A stretch of DNA of 64,000 nucleotides. It comes from Laetmonice hystrix (taxonomy: Eukaryota). The translations under genes and the position numbers were made by a program. Below, one piece after another: positions 50,101 to 63,115 of this stretch (position 1 is the stretch's first letter; the number at the start of each line of letters is the position of its first letter). Below the pieces are notes generated by a model, which saw nothing but the letters and a program-made list of their open reading frames with translations, was not told the DNA's origin and searched no databases. The stretch covers positions 20,400,001-20,464,000 of the forward strand of contig OZ249436.1 in NCBI GenBank assembly GCA_965235115.1, written 5' to 3'.

Positions 50101-51265
50101 AAGACTAAAATAATTGTAGTTTATCGCGAATACGGGTGGTTCTAACCTTGATTTGCGAGAGTCGGGATTCTTATCCTGGTTATAGATGGGTAAAAAGAAA
50201 ACTGCTTCCGCATCGTTTAGCACAGCTAGGGATGAAAATGCCCAGAAGAATGTCAAACTGGATCATTTTACGGAGGTAATCTCCACCTAACAGAACTCTA
50301 AGAAAATATTTGGGTCGGTTGACGGTCTGTCGATCCCTTCCCTGCTACCCTGACCCTAGACCAACGGGAGTGACTGGAGACTTGGAATATAAACCATATA
50401 AAATGTTCCAGCCCTTGTATGAGCTTGAATGAGGCAGAGGCCGTGGCTGTGTAAGAGATGACAGAGTAGTTTGATCAAGCGGCGGGTGTCACTGTGAAAG
50501 GGCACTATTAAACTCGGTCGGGCCAAGCTGGCGACCTGTAGTTGATCCATCCTAATGACCATCTGCCGCTCCAAGATAATACGTCTATTAGCATGCCAGG
50601 CCCACTGCCCTCTTCTGCATGCCCACCGGGCCAGCTGCTGTCATTTCCACAAACGCCCCCCCCCCCCCACCAAAATACATCGGGGTGGGTGGGGAGGAGT
50701 GAAATGTCGACTTTATACTTATGGATATCGAAGGATCATAATACCGATCATTTATTCCATGGTTACCGTGTCAGGTATCCGGAATCTGATGATAAACAAT
50801 GTTGACCAAACACAAACAAATCTGACGTTGGGTTCCGTCAGTCCTGAGAGAGTTAACCAACATTGGTGTTTTAATGAGGGTAACAGACGCAAGGGTTATT
50901 TAATATAAAGTCTTGGTATCTGGTCCCCAGCTCTATAATTGACTACGTATAGAGTCAATGGAGCCTGGTATGGACGCAAACGTTGAAAGTAGTTCCGTAC
51001 CTTCCGTATTTCTCAAACGAGATACAGATATTTTAGTCAATCCTTTTAAAATACAAGTGTTAAATGTCCTCGCTTTTCTGCTGGAGTAGAAATAGTGTCA
51101 TCGGTCCCTACGCGGGGCTACGGTCTGCATCAGGCATGGCCATGTTGGCCATTCTCCATGCAGAGATTGGTCACTCCGTTGACGCTGACCCACGCAACGG
51201 AAGCGGAAGTGCTTGGAGATTAAGCAACTTCCTTCCGCTTGTCGTTTTTCTGACAAGTAAAATTT

Positions 51266-51399
51266 CCCGGTTCCTAAAATCATAAGATCTTACTTAAGTT
51301 TAAGTTTAACGCTTCTGATTGGCTGGTGAGCTTCAAGACCAGCCAATCAGAAGCTTTAAGCCTAAACTTAAGCAAGATATTAAGATTTTAGGAACGGGG
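51266..51399. mobile_element. Fold-back (almost wholly palindromic) MITE-like element, ~134 bp
   Basis: Left arm CCGGTTCCTAAAATCATAAGATCTTACTTAAGTTTAAGTTTAACGCTTCTGATTGGCTGGT pairs with right arm ACCAGCCAATCAGAAGCTTTAAGCCTAAACTTAAGCAAGATATTAAGATTTTAGGAACGGGG. Confidence 0.8.
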
Positions 51400-54300
51400 C
51401 CCTGGCCTAACATAGCGGACGCGTCTGTTAGACAGGGGACCAGGCTACTGCTATCTTCAGGTATAGATGTTTAGGATAGTCGTATGCCGCTAACAATATG
51501 AGACAACGGCTGCATGGTCGATCAGGTAAAAACAACAAAGGGATGACAAAGTGATCTCAACATTCCTCGAGATTGACATCTTAGCGGTGTGCTGAGGTGT
51601 CAAACGCGAGGTGCTTGTCTCTTCCAGCGATGGCCGAAAATTGATTGCTACTTTTGTGAAGGTTGGCTTGGCTGCCGGTGGCATACAATACTGAAGACTA
51701 TTTTTGCTATGATCGCAGACAGTTTGTGGTTTAATCAATGCCCTCGAATCCTACAAAATGGTCCGTTCGCACCTGTTAACTTGGAGGTCCTATTCCGGAA
51801 TCCTACTTGGCGACAAGAGAGGCACGACGAAATCAGTCTCTGCTGAGAGATGTTTCGAGTCCATTAAATGTTTCCCCCGTCATACAAATATAACAGACCC
51901 CTAACACCTAAAAAAAACATTGAAGGGGCCATTTATAGCCAGCTCACTCAGTCTGGACAAACACCTGCAGACACAGGCTGTACACCCCTAATATATGTGT
52001 ATCCTAACCGGGATAGACCCTGCGAGCATATGCTCACACTTATTAATATTTCAACCTTCGTTCGGAGACTGGTGCCAAACTGACAAAACAGATGCGTGGC
52101 AGGGGTCGTCAATATAGGAGCCGTCGGTGTCCCACTACCTAATGCCCGATAATCATTCTCCACGTCGGGCACAGCAATCGGCGGGGCGTGCGGCGCGCCA
52201 CACCGCGGCAGTCGGCAGAACCTCGCGTGTGGCGGTAAACACACCGACATGTTACGATGGCGTGTCGTCTGCTGGGAGATGCCGTCATAGTGGGCGCCAT
52301 GTGGACGGATCCCAACCCTCCATAGACCTGTCACTTTACTGGAACGACTCTTGAATAAACTTGCCGCGGTCCTGCCCAACGTGAGCATCAACAAATACCA
52401 CCTGGAGACGAAAGGAGTAATTAGTACGGATTTGTTACCATAGCAACGGGGCATCCGACTTGGTTTGAGTCGATGGAGGACGTCGCTCCAATAGAGCACG
52501 CTCGGTAACATCTGGCGACGGGCGTCCGAGAAAATGAATGTCTGCAGCAGCTAACGGCAATTATGTTTTTCTCCCCCAAACACAATATGCTCCCATGTGT
52601 GCCTAGTTGTTATGGATTGAAACGCACATTACTGCATGAGGCAGACGACAGCCAGCGTTCCCCGCCAGCCCCACCACGCGAGCATTCTCCCAGAATCTGT
52701 TTCTATAGAAGTGGATGACCTCTATAGGCCTACCTTCTATAGAAAGTGTTCTCCGTTCGTCAATAGTATCACATGAGGCATTCGCTTGTGAGTGTTCCTT
52801 ACCTTTTAAGAAGCAGTGACCTACGGTCTGGAGAAAATTGTAGGAAGAAAAGCTCACGTAGCAAAAATAATATAATAGAGATCTGTAGAGACTCATCCCT
52901 TTACAGCAAAGATAATGAAGTAATAAATAACACCGAACGTCCTTATCAGTCTAGTCACATGAACATGAAACCATGCTAGTTGTTTCAATTTAAGAAAGGA
53001 CGATTGAAAAATCAATATCTCAACAAATCACACCAAACGGTTCCGTTTGCTTATACACGTATGCACTGTCATGGGCGATGTAATATAAACAATGATTGGC
53101 CAAACGTTGTTTTAGTCAGACAGTCACGAAGTCAGACAGTCAGACAGACAGTCAGTCAGACAATCAATCAATCAGTCAATCACAGACAGTCAGAGAATTA
53201 TACTGACTATAGGACCTTTAAATAACGTTATCCCGAGCGTCCATTCTATACCAAAGTATCCGCAAACGTTCCAGATGTTCAGGGCAGGCCGAGATCCTTT
53301 GACATTCAAACTGACTTGGATCGTGACGACACAGAAGGCAGACGTTGGTTTGCCGCCCTTGATCCACCGATCGATGCTGAACGGAGCCGAACCAAGCGAA
53401 CATATACGTGTTAGCACCATCGCCGTCCAGCCAGCCACCCGCAGTTTTATCGAGAATAACGCGGGTTGATCTGCGCAACAGGGCTAGCACGATTCTAACG
53501 TAACCCGCGCTCTAACGTATACCTCATCAAATACCTGCTCGTTTTCTCCAAACATTATGATTTGTCGGTACCCACAAGCGACGATACGTGGTATTCTAGG
53601 ATGTGTGAGATGTGTTCACCCTTGGAACGCGCTGGGAACAGTTGAATCATGAACAAATATTTTGTTTCAGATTGATCCCTTTTTTATTCTCCTTGTTTTC
53701 AATTGATGCACTTTTCCATGATTTACATATAGTTTGGTGTGTTATCACTATTCAATCTCGTTTACTTTGTTTGTCATATTGTCACGGTGGGAATCCCACT
53801 TCTATTAAATTTTTCTGTACATTGACCACGTCATCAATCATCAAATCACATGACAGCCGCCTGTCCTCCAGCCATTCATAATACTCGCTATTCTCCACGT
53901 TACCATCATAGAATATAGTCTACCGCTTGTAACTCATAACACATCAAGAGAATAAGCAAGAAAATGTGGGCCAGAAGGCATCTGATTTGCCCGGCTGGAG
54001 CCTCACCCATCACATGGTTGTGGTAGCGCTGGTCGGTTGATAATGCCTGGGGGCCGTGGCCAGTCCACTCCATCTTGCATGCCAGTAGCAAACCTAAAGT
54101 GGGGTGGCCAGGTAGTGACGGCACGCCGGCATGCATGGGGCCCTAACCCCCACCGACCTCGCCCAGTAGCCTCCTCACCCTCGATCAATACCCATAATTA
54201 CAGCCAGCCATAACTTGGGCGGCGATCGATGGCCGTTTTGACGGCTCGCACCAGCTGCCGCCATATGCTGGCATCTGGCCCTGGGCGCAAATTTAATTTG

Positions 54301-54499
54301 GGTAACAGCAGTAATGTGCAAAAGGCTTTTTAAAGTGCCTTCTGTTCTGAGTAGGTTTGGCGGGTGTGCTTGCTGTCGCTCTGGTTGCAGCCGGTTAATG
54401 GTGTCTACGAGAGACAGAAAGCAGACGCGGCCCATTCAATATGGGCCGGGGCAGGTGTGGGTCGCTCGGCCGCCGGTAGTCCCGACCCGACGCTGCCAG

Positions 54500-54630
54500 C
54501 CTGACTTCCGACCGCACGGTCTCCGGCTTCCTCGGCCAACCGAGGTGAACCGGAAGTGTGGTGGTCCCTAACCGGAAGTCGAGCAGCGCACTCTGACAGG
54601 ATACGCTCCAGTCTCGTGGGCGAGATCTTA
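54500..54630 (+). promoter_or_regulatory. ETS-motif cluster, promoter-like GC-rich element
   Basis: ACCGGAAGT at 54549 and 54571, ACTTCCG at 54504, and a YY1-like GCCGCCAT at 54257, all in a CpG-rich patch. Confidence 0.4.
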
Positions 54631-55205
54631 CCGAACAATAATATATCATCTTCGATCACAGTTAGTTTAGAGAGTTGCTAATGGCCACAGACACGGTCTA
54701 AATGTTTCTCATGGCAGAGGCATGCCACTTCAATCCGTAGTATGTAGCCTAGATCTATAGGCCTCGAGTATGAAGTCGGTGGAGTCATTAATCCAGGTCT
54801 ATAGGCCTATATCCGAACAACATTAATGGATTAATTACATCTGAACTTCTGACCTTTCTTTCACTTGATCCTTTAAAAAAATGTGGAATTATGGTTACCT
54901 CTGTTGGCCTAATATGATGTACAACTATAGGCCTACATAATAAACCCACCTTGACAGATATAGGTCTAGACTGTCTAGATTCTATAGTTGTAGCACTGAT
55001 GTCTGACTTAATATGTGTACATGATCTATTTCATTATTCTGTGTTTCAGGTTGGGTCCGAGTCCAGTAAAACGAAATGTCTGATTGAAGGACGCCACCTT
55101 GGCCGACGTTTGGGTCCGGAGTGGCGACGACGAGGGACGTGCCCCATGACGTTACGTCGTGTAGACTGTGATTCGTGGTTTTGACGTCAAGACGGGTCTG
55201 AGTGC

Positions 55206-55347
55206 CTGCCGCTGGACGTCTGCCGCAGGACGCCTGCCGCTGGACGTCTGCTGCAGGACGTCTGCCGCAGGACGTCTGCCGCAGGACGTCTGCCGCAGGA
55301 CGTCTGCCGCGGGACGTCTGCCGCAGGACGTCTGCCGCGGGACGCCT
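55206..55347. repeat. 14-bp minisatellite GACGTCTGCCGCAG, ~10 copies
   Basis: Direct reading. Confidence 0.94.
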
Positions 55348-58300
55348 GAAGAAACGTCTAGAGTACTGCTATACCCCGTGGACACCGTTGAGGGCTGACG
55401 GAATAGATACGATAGACTATAATACTTGAACGTCATATAATAATAAGACATCACATCGTTCGACTGCAGCCGGCCTTCGTTTTACTTCATCGAGCGACGT
55501 CTCACGAGATTGACGACTGGGCTCAAATGTCAACTGTATACGCTAATATCTTTGATGTCAGATCGCTCACACACTTCATGCAGCGTATATCTCATCGTAC
55601 ATTAGTTTGATTTTTTTTATTTCAACACGCCCTGCGTGACATAGACCTGCGCCAGAATTTAATTGTGGCTTCTATAGTCATAGACATATAGGCCTATAAC
55701 ACTGAACACAATTGATACCTTAAATAAAGCAGTTATATAATACAGCAGCTTTAACAAGCCGGCAACAGTCGTTTACCTTACAATAATATTAATTTCTGAT
55801 GCCATGTAGCTACCGAAACTCAAAGTATTCCGGGACTGTTTGTGAATTACAATGAACCATATAGATCTATACGTCTTTTACGTAGCATTTGTTTTGAATG
55901 TTAAATGGCATACTTATCAGGAACCATTATAGGTCTATAATATGGCCTATGGCAAACGTCAGGATTCATGGGTGTAAAGTTTAACCATTATTGTATGGCT
56001 CGAAAATTTAGCTAGAATCTCAGTTTGCAAAATGCCAGTATTGTCGCTTCGTCTTGGTGCTGAAGGAAAAGTAACATCCATTCGAGGGAGGCGTGTTACT
56101 GTAAGAGTTTGAGTGGAACATCCCTACATTGAGTCTTTGTGAATGGGCCTTGGAATGGAAATGTTAATCATCTAATTACTAATCGCGTGGCTTAAAATAA
56201 AATAATAATGTGCACAGACTCTTGATATAAAGGCCAATTAAGAACAGGGAAAATCCGAATCATATTCATGCGTGGGACCATTTCTTTCTCTAGAAATATC
56301 AAGACTTTTACCAAGCACTGCTTTATATATTCCAACGGCTAGCTGGCCTGGCTGGAATATTTTGGTGGAAAACAATTGTATCCGGCACAATCTTCATCAG
56401 TCACTATAGATCTACATCGAACGGTAACTGTTCATTATTATTCTGATGCAACTTTATTCATGTACTTAAGATGTTATTTTCTTCTTTCCTTATATGTATA
56501 CCGGCTTCTTCGTCCACGCCATACATTGAAAGAAGCATGCTGTAGAATTGAAGATTAGCTACATGTATATATAGAGAGTATAAGGATGCTATCTTACCGA
56601 TATAATTCGGTGTATAATTATTCATGACTTCATGCAGATGACTGCCGTCCAGCAGGATATAGAACTGTTTAATTCCCACGATTGACAGATCAATCTACTA
56701 TAATAGTGTCGTATATCTGTCTATGTGAAATGTATATGGGGCGAAGCCAAAGAGCAACCACGGATAACAACATTCAATGTAAGTGTCGACCATCTTGGCG
56801 TGTAAAGGTGAAAATATAAAATTAGGGGCCAAAACGTTATAGTATATATAGTAGGCCTAAAGTAGGCTGACGCAGGAAAATCCATCGTGGGCTCATGAAT
56901 TACGTAGTATTTTCGGAAGTCCCAGAATCTGTTTGACTTGTCTATGATACTGAGAGGAAGAAAGTAGAATGTTTATTTTACAGGTAGTCCTCTCGTAATG
57001 ATTATATACAGAGGTGCTTTGTAGATTGCCAAACCATTAGAAGCGTGTAGCAAGCATACCATTCACTCTCGTTGTAAACAGTGTTTACCTTGAGAGACTT
57101 GAATAAAACATCCGCATTAACTGTGAGGTAGGAAAGATTCATGATAAGCTGTTAATGAACGAATGTTTAATTAATATTCAGTAATTGTAAATATGACCTA
57201 GACTACTTGAAGTAGGCGAGTGTATAAATAAAAACAGCTTTATTAAAGTAACTAATCATGTTAGGAATGAAACGGACCGACAGTGTTGTCAACAGTGACC
57301 CACGAATAACACCTTCAACTTAGTGTTTGTCAGTAATACAGGGTGGCCCATAAAAAACGCAACGGCGTACTTCAGCAAAGTAAAGGCCATCTTCATCTTG
57401 GATGAATGAAATAGACATGACCATTATCCAGAAACACTGGGGGATCCAAATCCATTTTTTAGGTGCCCCCCCCCCCCTTATCAAAATCCTGGATCCCCCA
57501 CTGCATGCCATGCCTAATTCATTGTTCAATGACACCAAAGGGATTCAGTATGGCGTCCTGGAGAAAGAGGTATTCTGGGATTGTGCTAGCATGATTAGGG
57601 AGATAGTTGGGTCAGAGGAAAGCTGGCTAAGCCTCAGTACACCACGGAGGAGACCTTGACAGAGACCGTAGAGCGTCCAGACTTTGCTTCACAAAAATGT
57701 CTTATCAAAACCACCCCACCGAATCCATAGTTCTTGATGTCATTCTCCTTCACACAAAAGTCCCCAACCATTCAAATCAATGGTTTAAGTCCTCATCTTG
57801 CAGACGTATACTGTTACGTTTCGGGGGGGGCACCCTGTATAATAATGCCGAAACTTTACACTTTTATCTTTAGAATTTTTACGCTGTACGTGCTAAGTGT
57901 GTTAAAATGTCACAGGTACATGCATAGTTTTGTGTACATATGCTTCAAAGTGATAGTTTATGAATGAATCGGTCCCTAACGTTGTAGAGATCACCATACA
58001 GTGTAGTAATACATATACTAATAGGTATATTATAGAGTCCGCAGGCCATTGTTTTATAGGGCTATTATGTTGTTCCAGCTCCGTTGACAAAGCTATAGTA
58101 AGATGACTATTTTTATACAGATCTTATATCATTGTTTCAAGAATTCCTGTTATCTATGTTGTTGTTGTTCTCGTTCCTGTGATGTTTCCATGAAGACAAA
58201 TGCTATATATAGTAAAAATATTAACGGTCAACAGTTTGAAAGATAAGGCAAATGGTGAGATCTACTTAAGAGAATTTTATAGTTTGTTCAATATACTGTG

Positions 58301-58522
58301 CGAAATAAAGGTGACGAGTGTATGAAAATATAATTCGTGACATTCTTTGGCTTCAGAACATTCCGCTGTCCGCACCTGTCCTCAAGTTTGAGGGTAACCG
58401 TAACAAATAAAGACCATATCCTAACTATGAGAAACATGTAGGGATTAGGTTCTTAACCCCCAGGGGGATCTAGATCGGAACCTACCAAATGGGTCGATGG
58501 GACACCCTTCCATGGATTACGA

Positions 58523-58843
58523 GGCCCTGTTCCGGCTAGTTATGTACAATAGGAAATTATGTCCGCAAACATCAGCTAGATGTGCCCGGAGAAATTGACA
58601 TGTCCGCAAATATCAGCCAGATGTGTCCGACACTGGACTGCTACATCAAGCTGATATTTGCGGACATATCCGGTTTACCGGACACAGCTAGCTGATATTT
58701 GCGGATATATCCGGATTACCGGACACAGCTAGCTGATATTTGCGGACATACCCGGATAACCGGACACAGCTAGCTCATGTTTGCGGACATATCTCCTATC
58801 GGACATAACTAGCCGTTCGGACGTATCTAGCCGGAACAGGTCC
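58523..58843. mobile_element. MITE with 17-bp TIR and internal ~41-bp subterminal repeats
   Basis: GGCCCTGTTCCGGCTAG ... CTAGCCGGAACAGGTCC (1 mismatch). Internal GCTGATATTTGCGGACATATCCGG...GGACACAGCTA repeats occur in both orientations. No clear TSD. Confidence 0.8.
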
Positions 58844-59025
58844 TGTAACTGCAGTTCATTTTCCAACATTTGATCGATCGTTGCTTTGTTTATTTTCTAT
58901 GTGGGGGTGACCTTTGTAAAAAGGCGATTCGGGGAGAGGGTTGCAAATGAAACTGTGTGTAATTGACTGGAAAATTAAACAACAGGTCTCTCTTTTTTCA
59001 CTGAGTTGACGAAGGAAGATGCCCG

Positions 59026-59117
59026 TCCCCACCCCCACCCCTGCCCCCGCCCCGCCCCGCCCCGCCCCGCCCCGCCCCGCCCCGCCCCGCCCCGCCCCGC
59101 CCCACCCCCACCCCCGC
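59026..59117. repeat. (CCCCG)n pentanucleotide run (tandem GC boxes)
   Basis: Direct reading. Confidence 0.93.
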
Positions 59118-62100
59118 TCCCTCTCCTCTAAGATCCACGGTTGGTCCTCCGACTGGCCACCTTTATCCCAGCAATTGCAGCGTAAACTGCAAACTACGCC
59201 CACAGTATAACTGTTGTACGTGATGAGGTATTGCTTTGGTTCAGTCAATCAAAGGTCTGTTTCAAGAGACGAGTCTCGGAACGGTTGTTCTCCTTGTAGA
59301 CCATAGGTCCTGTCTATCGTAATTTACCCAACTTTATGATCCCCCAGATGTGACATTTGTCTGATATCGGAAGTAGATTAGAGCCCAATACATCACGTAT
59401 CTACCGGGACCCAGGATATACTCGTAGAGCTAATTGATAAGAAGTACGCAACAGTACGGTTCAGCCCCGCTAAGATGTCGAGTGGGTATACAGGGCCAGC
59501 GACAGGCTGTCCCCACCCACGACGTGTGATCCTTGGCTTGAACTAGTACGGGAGGCAATTCGATCCACGGCTTTCTCCGTCAGATTAGAGACTAACTAGA
59601 GCAGGTGCGATCTGAGCGATGGACGGGCTCTGTGAATGTCTCCCGCCCAATTACTGTGAAGGCAGACGTCTGGCGAGCAGGCGTCAGGCTTTGTGGGCGG
59701 TGGCGCCCGCCAGTTCTCCGAGCGCGCCTCACATCTGGGTACAGCCTCTGCACGGCGAACGTCGGCGTCATCACTTGCAGCAAACAGCACACGCTCGTCG
59801 ATGTGCCACGCACATGTGGCATTGTTAAAGCACCTGCAATAATTCGACACAAAAATACCATTCCCTTTCAGAGTGCCGAATGGTACGGATTTTGTCTCTG
59901 CATCAGAAGCGTCATTCCCATCTGGAGATTTTTGACTGAATTGAGATTACATCGTTGACTAACAAATGATGAACGGAGCGTTGGTTTGACTTTTTGCGGT
60001 TGAGAGAAAGTGTGCGTATGTCAGGCCTTCTTTTTCTTCTTCTTTCTTCTTCTTATCTTTATTTTTGTGTATTTCAGACATGTGTTTCAGAAGTGTTTTT
60101 GAGTTTAGAAGGCGGGGGGCATTTGACTTCTGCAGCGCGAGCTTCAATTTATAGATTTAGATAGAGATCTGGTTTTGGCAGACATGGTTTGAATGCTCCC
60201 GTGCCGGTGCGAAACTTCTCTGCTCCATGCAAAATGACAGCTATTATCAGACATACTAATGGTCCACATGATCAAGGTCCATTCGGTCCGCCGGTGAAAG
60301 CCGACAAAGAACACAATCGTTGACGGAAGCTACAGGAGCGCTTGGCATGACGGGTCGGGTCAGTGGGATTCGACTCGGCCATTAGCCCTTCACATAGCCT
60401 TCACATTGAGCATGCACGCGCTGAAAGCCGCATGGCTCTCTGCCCACAGCTTCTATAGTCTGTCCTCTCTCTCTGCCCAGGGGACATTCAGTACACCACT
60501 GTCTGATCTGAACTCATTTGCACTGTGGTGATCAGAGGGTCATCAGAGGCAGGTCGCTCGCAGTGGCTAGTAAAATTGGATATCATGGGATCAGAATAGT
60601 TGGCAACCAGTAAACTCTAAATGTCATTATTTATCATATATATTTTGCACACCTGACATCGATGAAACGATCTCTCAAGGAACTCGTTTAAAACCAGAAA
60701 ACAATCAGCGATTAATTCTGATTCAGAACCTTGTTAACGATTAAAATTATCCCGCTGTTGTGGCCCGTTAGGCAAGTCGTATGATGTCAAATAGAAATGA
60801 CAAAATATTTAATTCTGTAGTCAGCATCGCCTACAAAATCTTCTAGACCGTAAAGAATAAAATTTCATTTTCACGTCCAGCCATTTTTCGGATTAAAGCC
60901 ACTGGATGCATTTTTACTTACTCCTAATGACTGGACTTGTGTAAAAAGACAGGTCGCAGGTATATGTTTCTCACTGATCTTCACCAACATGAACGTTTGA
61001 TTACCAATGGTGAGTTCAATAAGTAGCAAGAAAATGTCGCATGCATGATTCTAGCAAAATGTAAATACTGTAAACCTCACACATCTGCCCAAAGACACAA
61101 AAAGGAGACACTCAGTCGTGCTCAGGCATGCATCTAATAAAATGAAATAACGCAGGTGTATGAAGTAAAACGTATTGATATGTTCTCGGCTAGGTTAGAC
61201 GAACACTGTCACTGTTTGAGCGCCAATTACCGCGTGTGTATGCGAGGCGTACTCTAGAGGGGGGGGGGGTCGATCAATGGTGTTACCCTTGGCAGCAATG
61301 GCCCTCTGGCTGGCTGGATCGTGGGGCCAGCCTCCCATAAAGACATGTATAACGATATGCCAGATGGTTACAGACATCGATCGGGATCGTTGATCGATGG
61401 ACTCGTTTACACAGATCAATGATAGTTTGCCTGGTGGCTATGTGGGGACACGACCATTGTGACGTTATCACTGACACTTCCCTGTCAGCTTTACCTGGGT
61501 ACCACTCCGGTCAGGCAATGTGAACATGCTGGCAAATAGAACGTGGTAATTTGTAGTCCAAATACAGAGATGCCCTTGGCCCTTTTCAAGGAATGTCACA
61601 TTTTTAATCTTTCCGATCATGCCTTAGAGATCTAATTACTATACGCTTCTTGCGATAATTTTTTTTAAAATCTTATTGCAACTCCCCCGCCGATGCTAGA
61701 CTCTAGAGGTCTATAAACACCAGGATGACCGTGTCTTCTGATCATTAAATTATCAAACCAATCCTGCCTCCATCCTGATCTCCTACCTCTCGGTGGGGTA
61801 GGCCGATCTGGAATGTTGGTCCGAGTACGGCACGCAATGCATACCTTCATATTATTCTTCCCCTTGACCCCCGGGTTCACGATCATTGGTTTACAAAGCA
61901 TGAAGGCCCATGTCCCCATATAGGCCATTGTCCTTTTATTTTACTGTGATTTCGAGATTGAAGAATCGGACCCATTTCCAGATACAGGGAAGGTCAACCA
62001 GTAAAGAGTGAAATTCCGCCATTAAATCTAAAATCGTATGTCAGTCGCAATGATAATCGCCTTAGAGGAGGCCACGAGAAAGGGGACCATTTCGTTATAC

Positions 62101-62250
62101 TACTAACAGCGACAACGCGCTGATATTTCAAACGCCAGAGCTCAAGATGTCATCGTAAATTTAAAGAGCGAATATCGCGTTCTTTCACGCCCATTCGCAA
62201 GCAAATTTATTATCTCATTTTTACTGTCTTTGTGTACACGAGTTACTCAG

Positions 62251-62256
62251 TTTATT
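62251..62256 (-). terminator. Candidate polyadenylation signal of PBLD (second at 62206-62211)
   Basis: AATAAA on the minus strand ~135 nt after the TGA. Confidence 0.45.
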
Positions 62257-62391
62257 TGGTCATTACGGTTTTTCTTAACTAGGAAGTTTTTTAAGATATA
62301 CTTTCAAGAACATGAAGATGTAGTCAGTCTAGTTGAGTACATTCACATACAGAGTACACAGCCGACGTCCTCTCCATGGATTCAGAAAGCC

Positions 62392-62513
62392 TCAGTTGAC
62401 GGGTAAGGTTATAGTCCCCCGGAGAACGATGACCGCCTGCCCACTCACGTCCACCCTGCCATCATTGGTCAGTCGGACTCGGAGGTCTCCACCCCGCGCC
62501 GAACACTGGCGGC
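62392..62513 (-). CDS. PBLD: PBLD/PhzF-like protein, last coding exon
   Basis: Acceptor ...CCCTTTGAAG|GC. Encodes (G)RQCSARGGDLRVRLTNDGRVDVSGQAVIVLRGTITLPVN*, matching the Q.S.RGG.L...GRV.I.G.A..V..G C-terminus of PBLD/PhzF. Not in the ORF track. Confidence 0.95.
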
Positions 62514-62731
62514 CTTCAAAGGGAGTCAAAGCAAACACACGTCCATCACTTGGTCAGCGAGTAAACTCCACCAAGCGGGGCGACCGGGAAAGACGAAGAC
62601 AAGAAAGAGAGGAGAAAGAAAACTAAAGGTCTTCTTAGAACTGCAATAACAGGCACTGAACTGTTTTTATGTGAAGTCGTTTTAGTGATTTATTTAGAAA
62701 AGATGGGGGCCTTTCGTAAGATAGAACTTAC

Positions 62732-62794
62732 CATATAATTTATTCTTGTTCAGCTCTTTTGACCAATATCCACCAAGGACTGTATGTGCCGAAC
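62732..62794 (-). CDS. PBLD: PBLD/PhzF-like protein, penultimate coding exon (63 nt, phase 1-1)
   Basis: TTGTTAG|GT TCG GCA CAT ... TAT G|GTAAGT. Encodes (G)SAHTVLGGYWSKELNKNKLY(G), completing the EDPVTGSAH active-site motif. Confidence 0.95.
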
Positions 62795-63115
62795 CTAACA
62801 ACCAACGTTAGATGATACAACACATTCATAGAGTGACATTCCTAAATCTATTGGCGTTGTAATACTAATCTATCATTACTAGTCAATATGTTCTCAAATA
62901 TTTCTTCATTCATTATTTGTACACCTAAAGTTATTTTTCTTTCTTCTCGACAACTAAGCTGAACTAGTCTACTTTAGGATATTTTGCACTCTGTAAAGTT
63001 AAGGTTCGTTCTTGCAAGAAGATTATCCTTGGGCTAACTTGCGTCAAGAGTGGTGCATGGAGGAGTAGGAAAAGCAGGTCTATAGCAAGTTTGTTGTTCA
63101 TAGAGTGACACCTAC

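Noticed and set aside
53218..53490. Cys/His-containing 90-aa minus-strand ORF as a transposase zinc-finger fragment
   Set aside because: Only a vague C..C...C..H pattern; no recognisable domain or TIRs.
1768..55347. Unit lengths clustering near multiples of 14 (14, 14, 28, 29, 43, 55-57)
   Set aside because: 12, 26, 59 and 62 do not fit, and the sample is too small to exclude chance.
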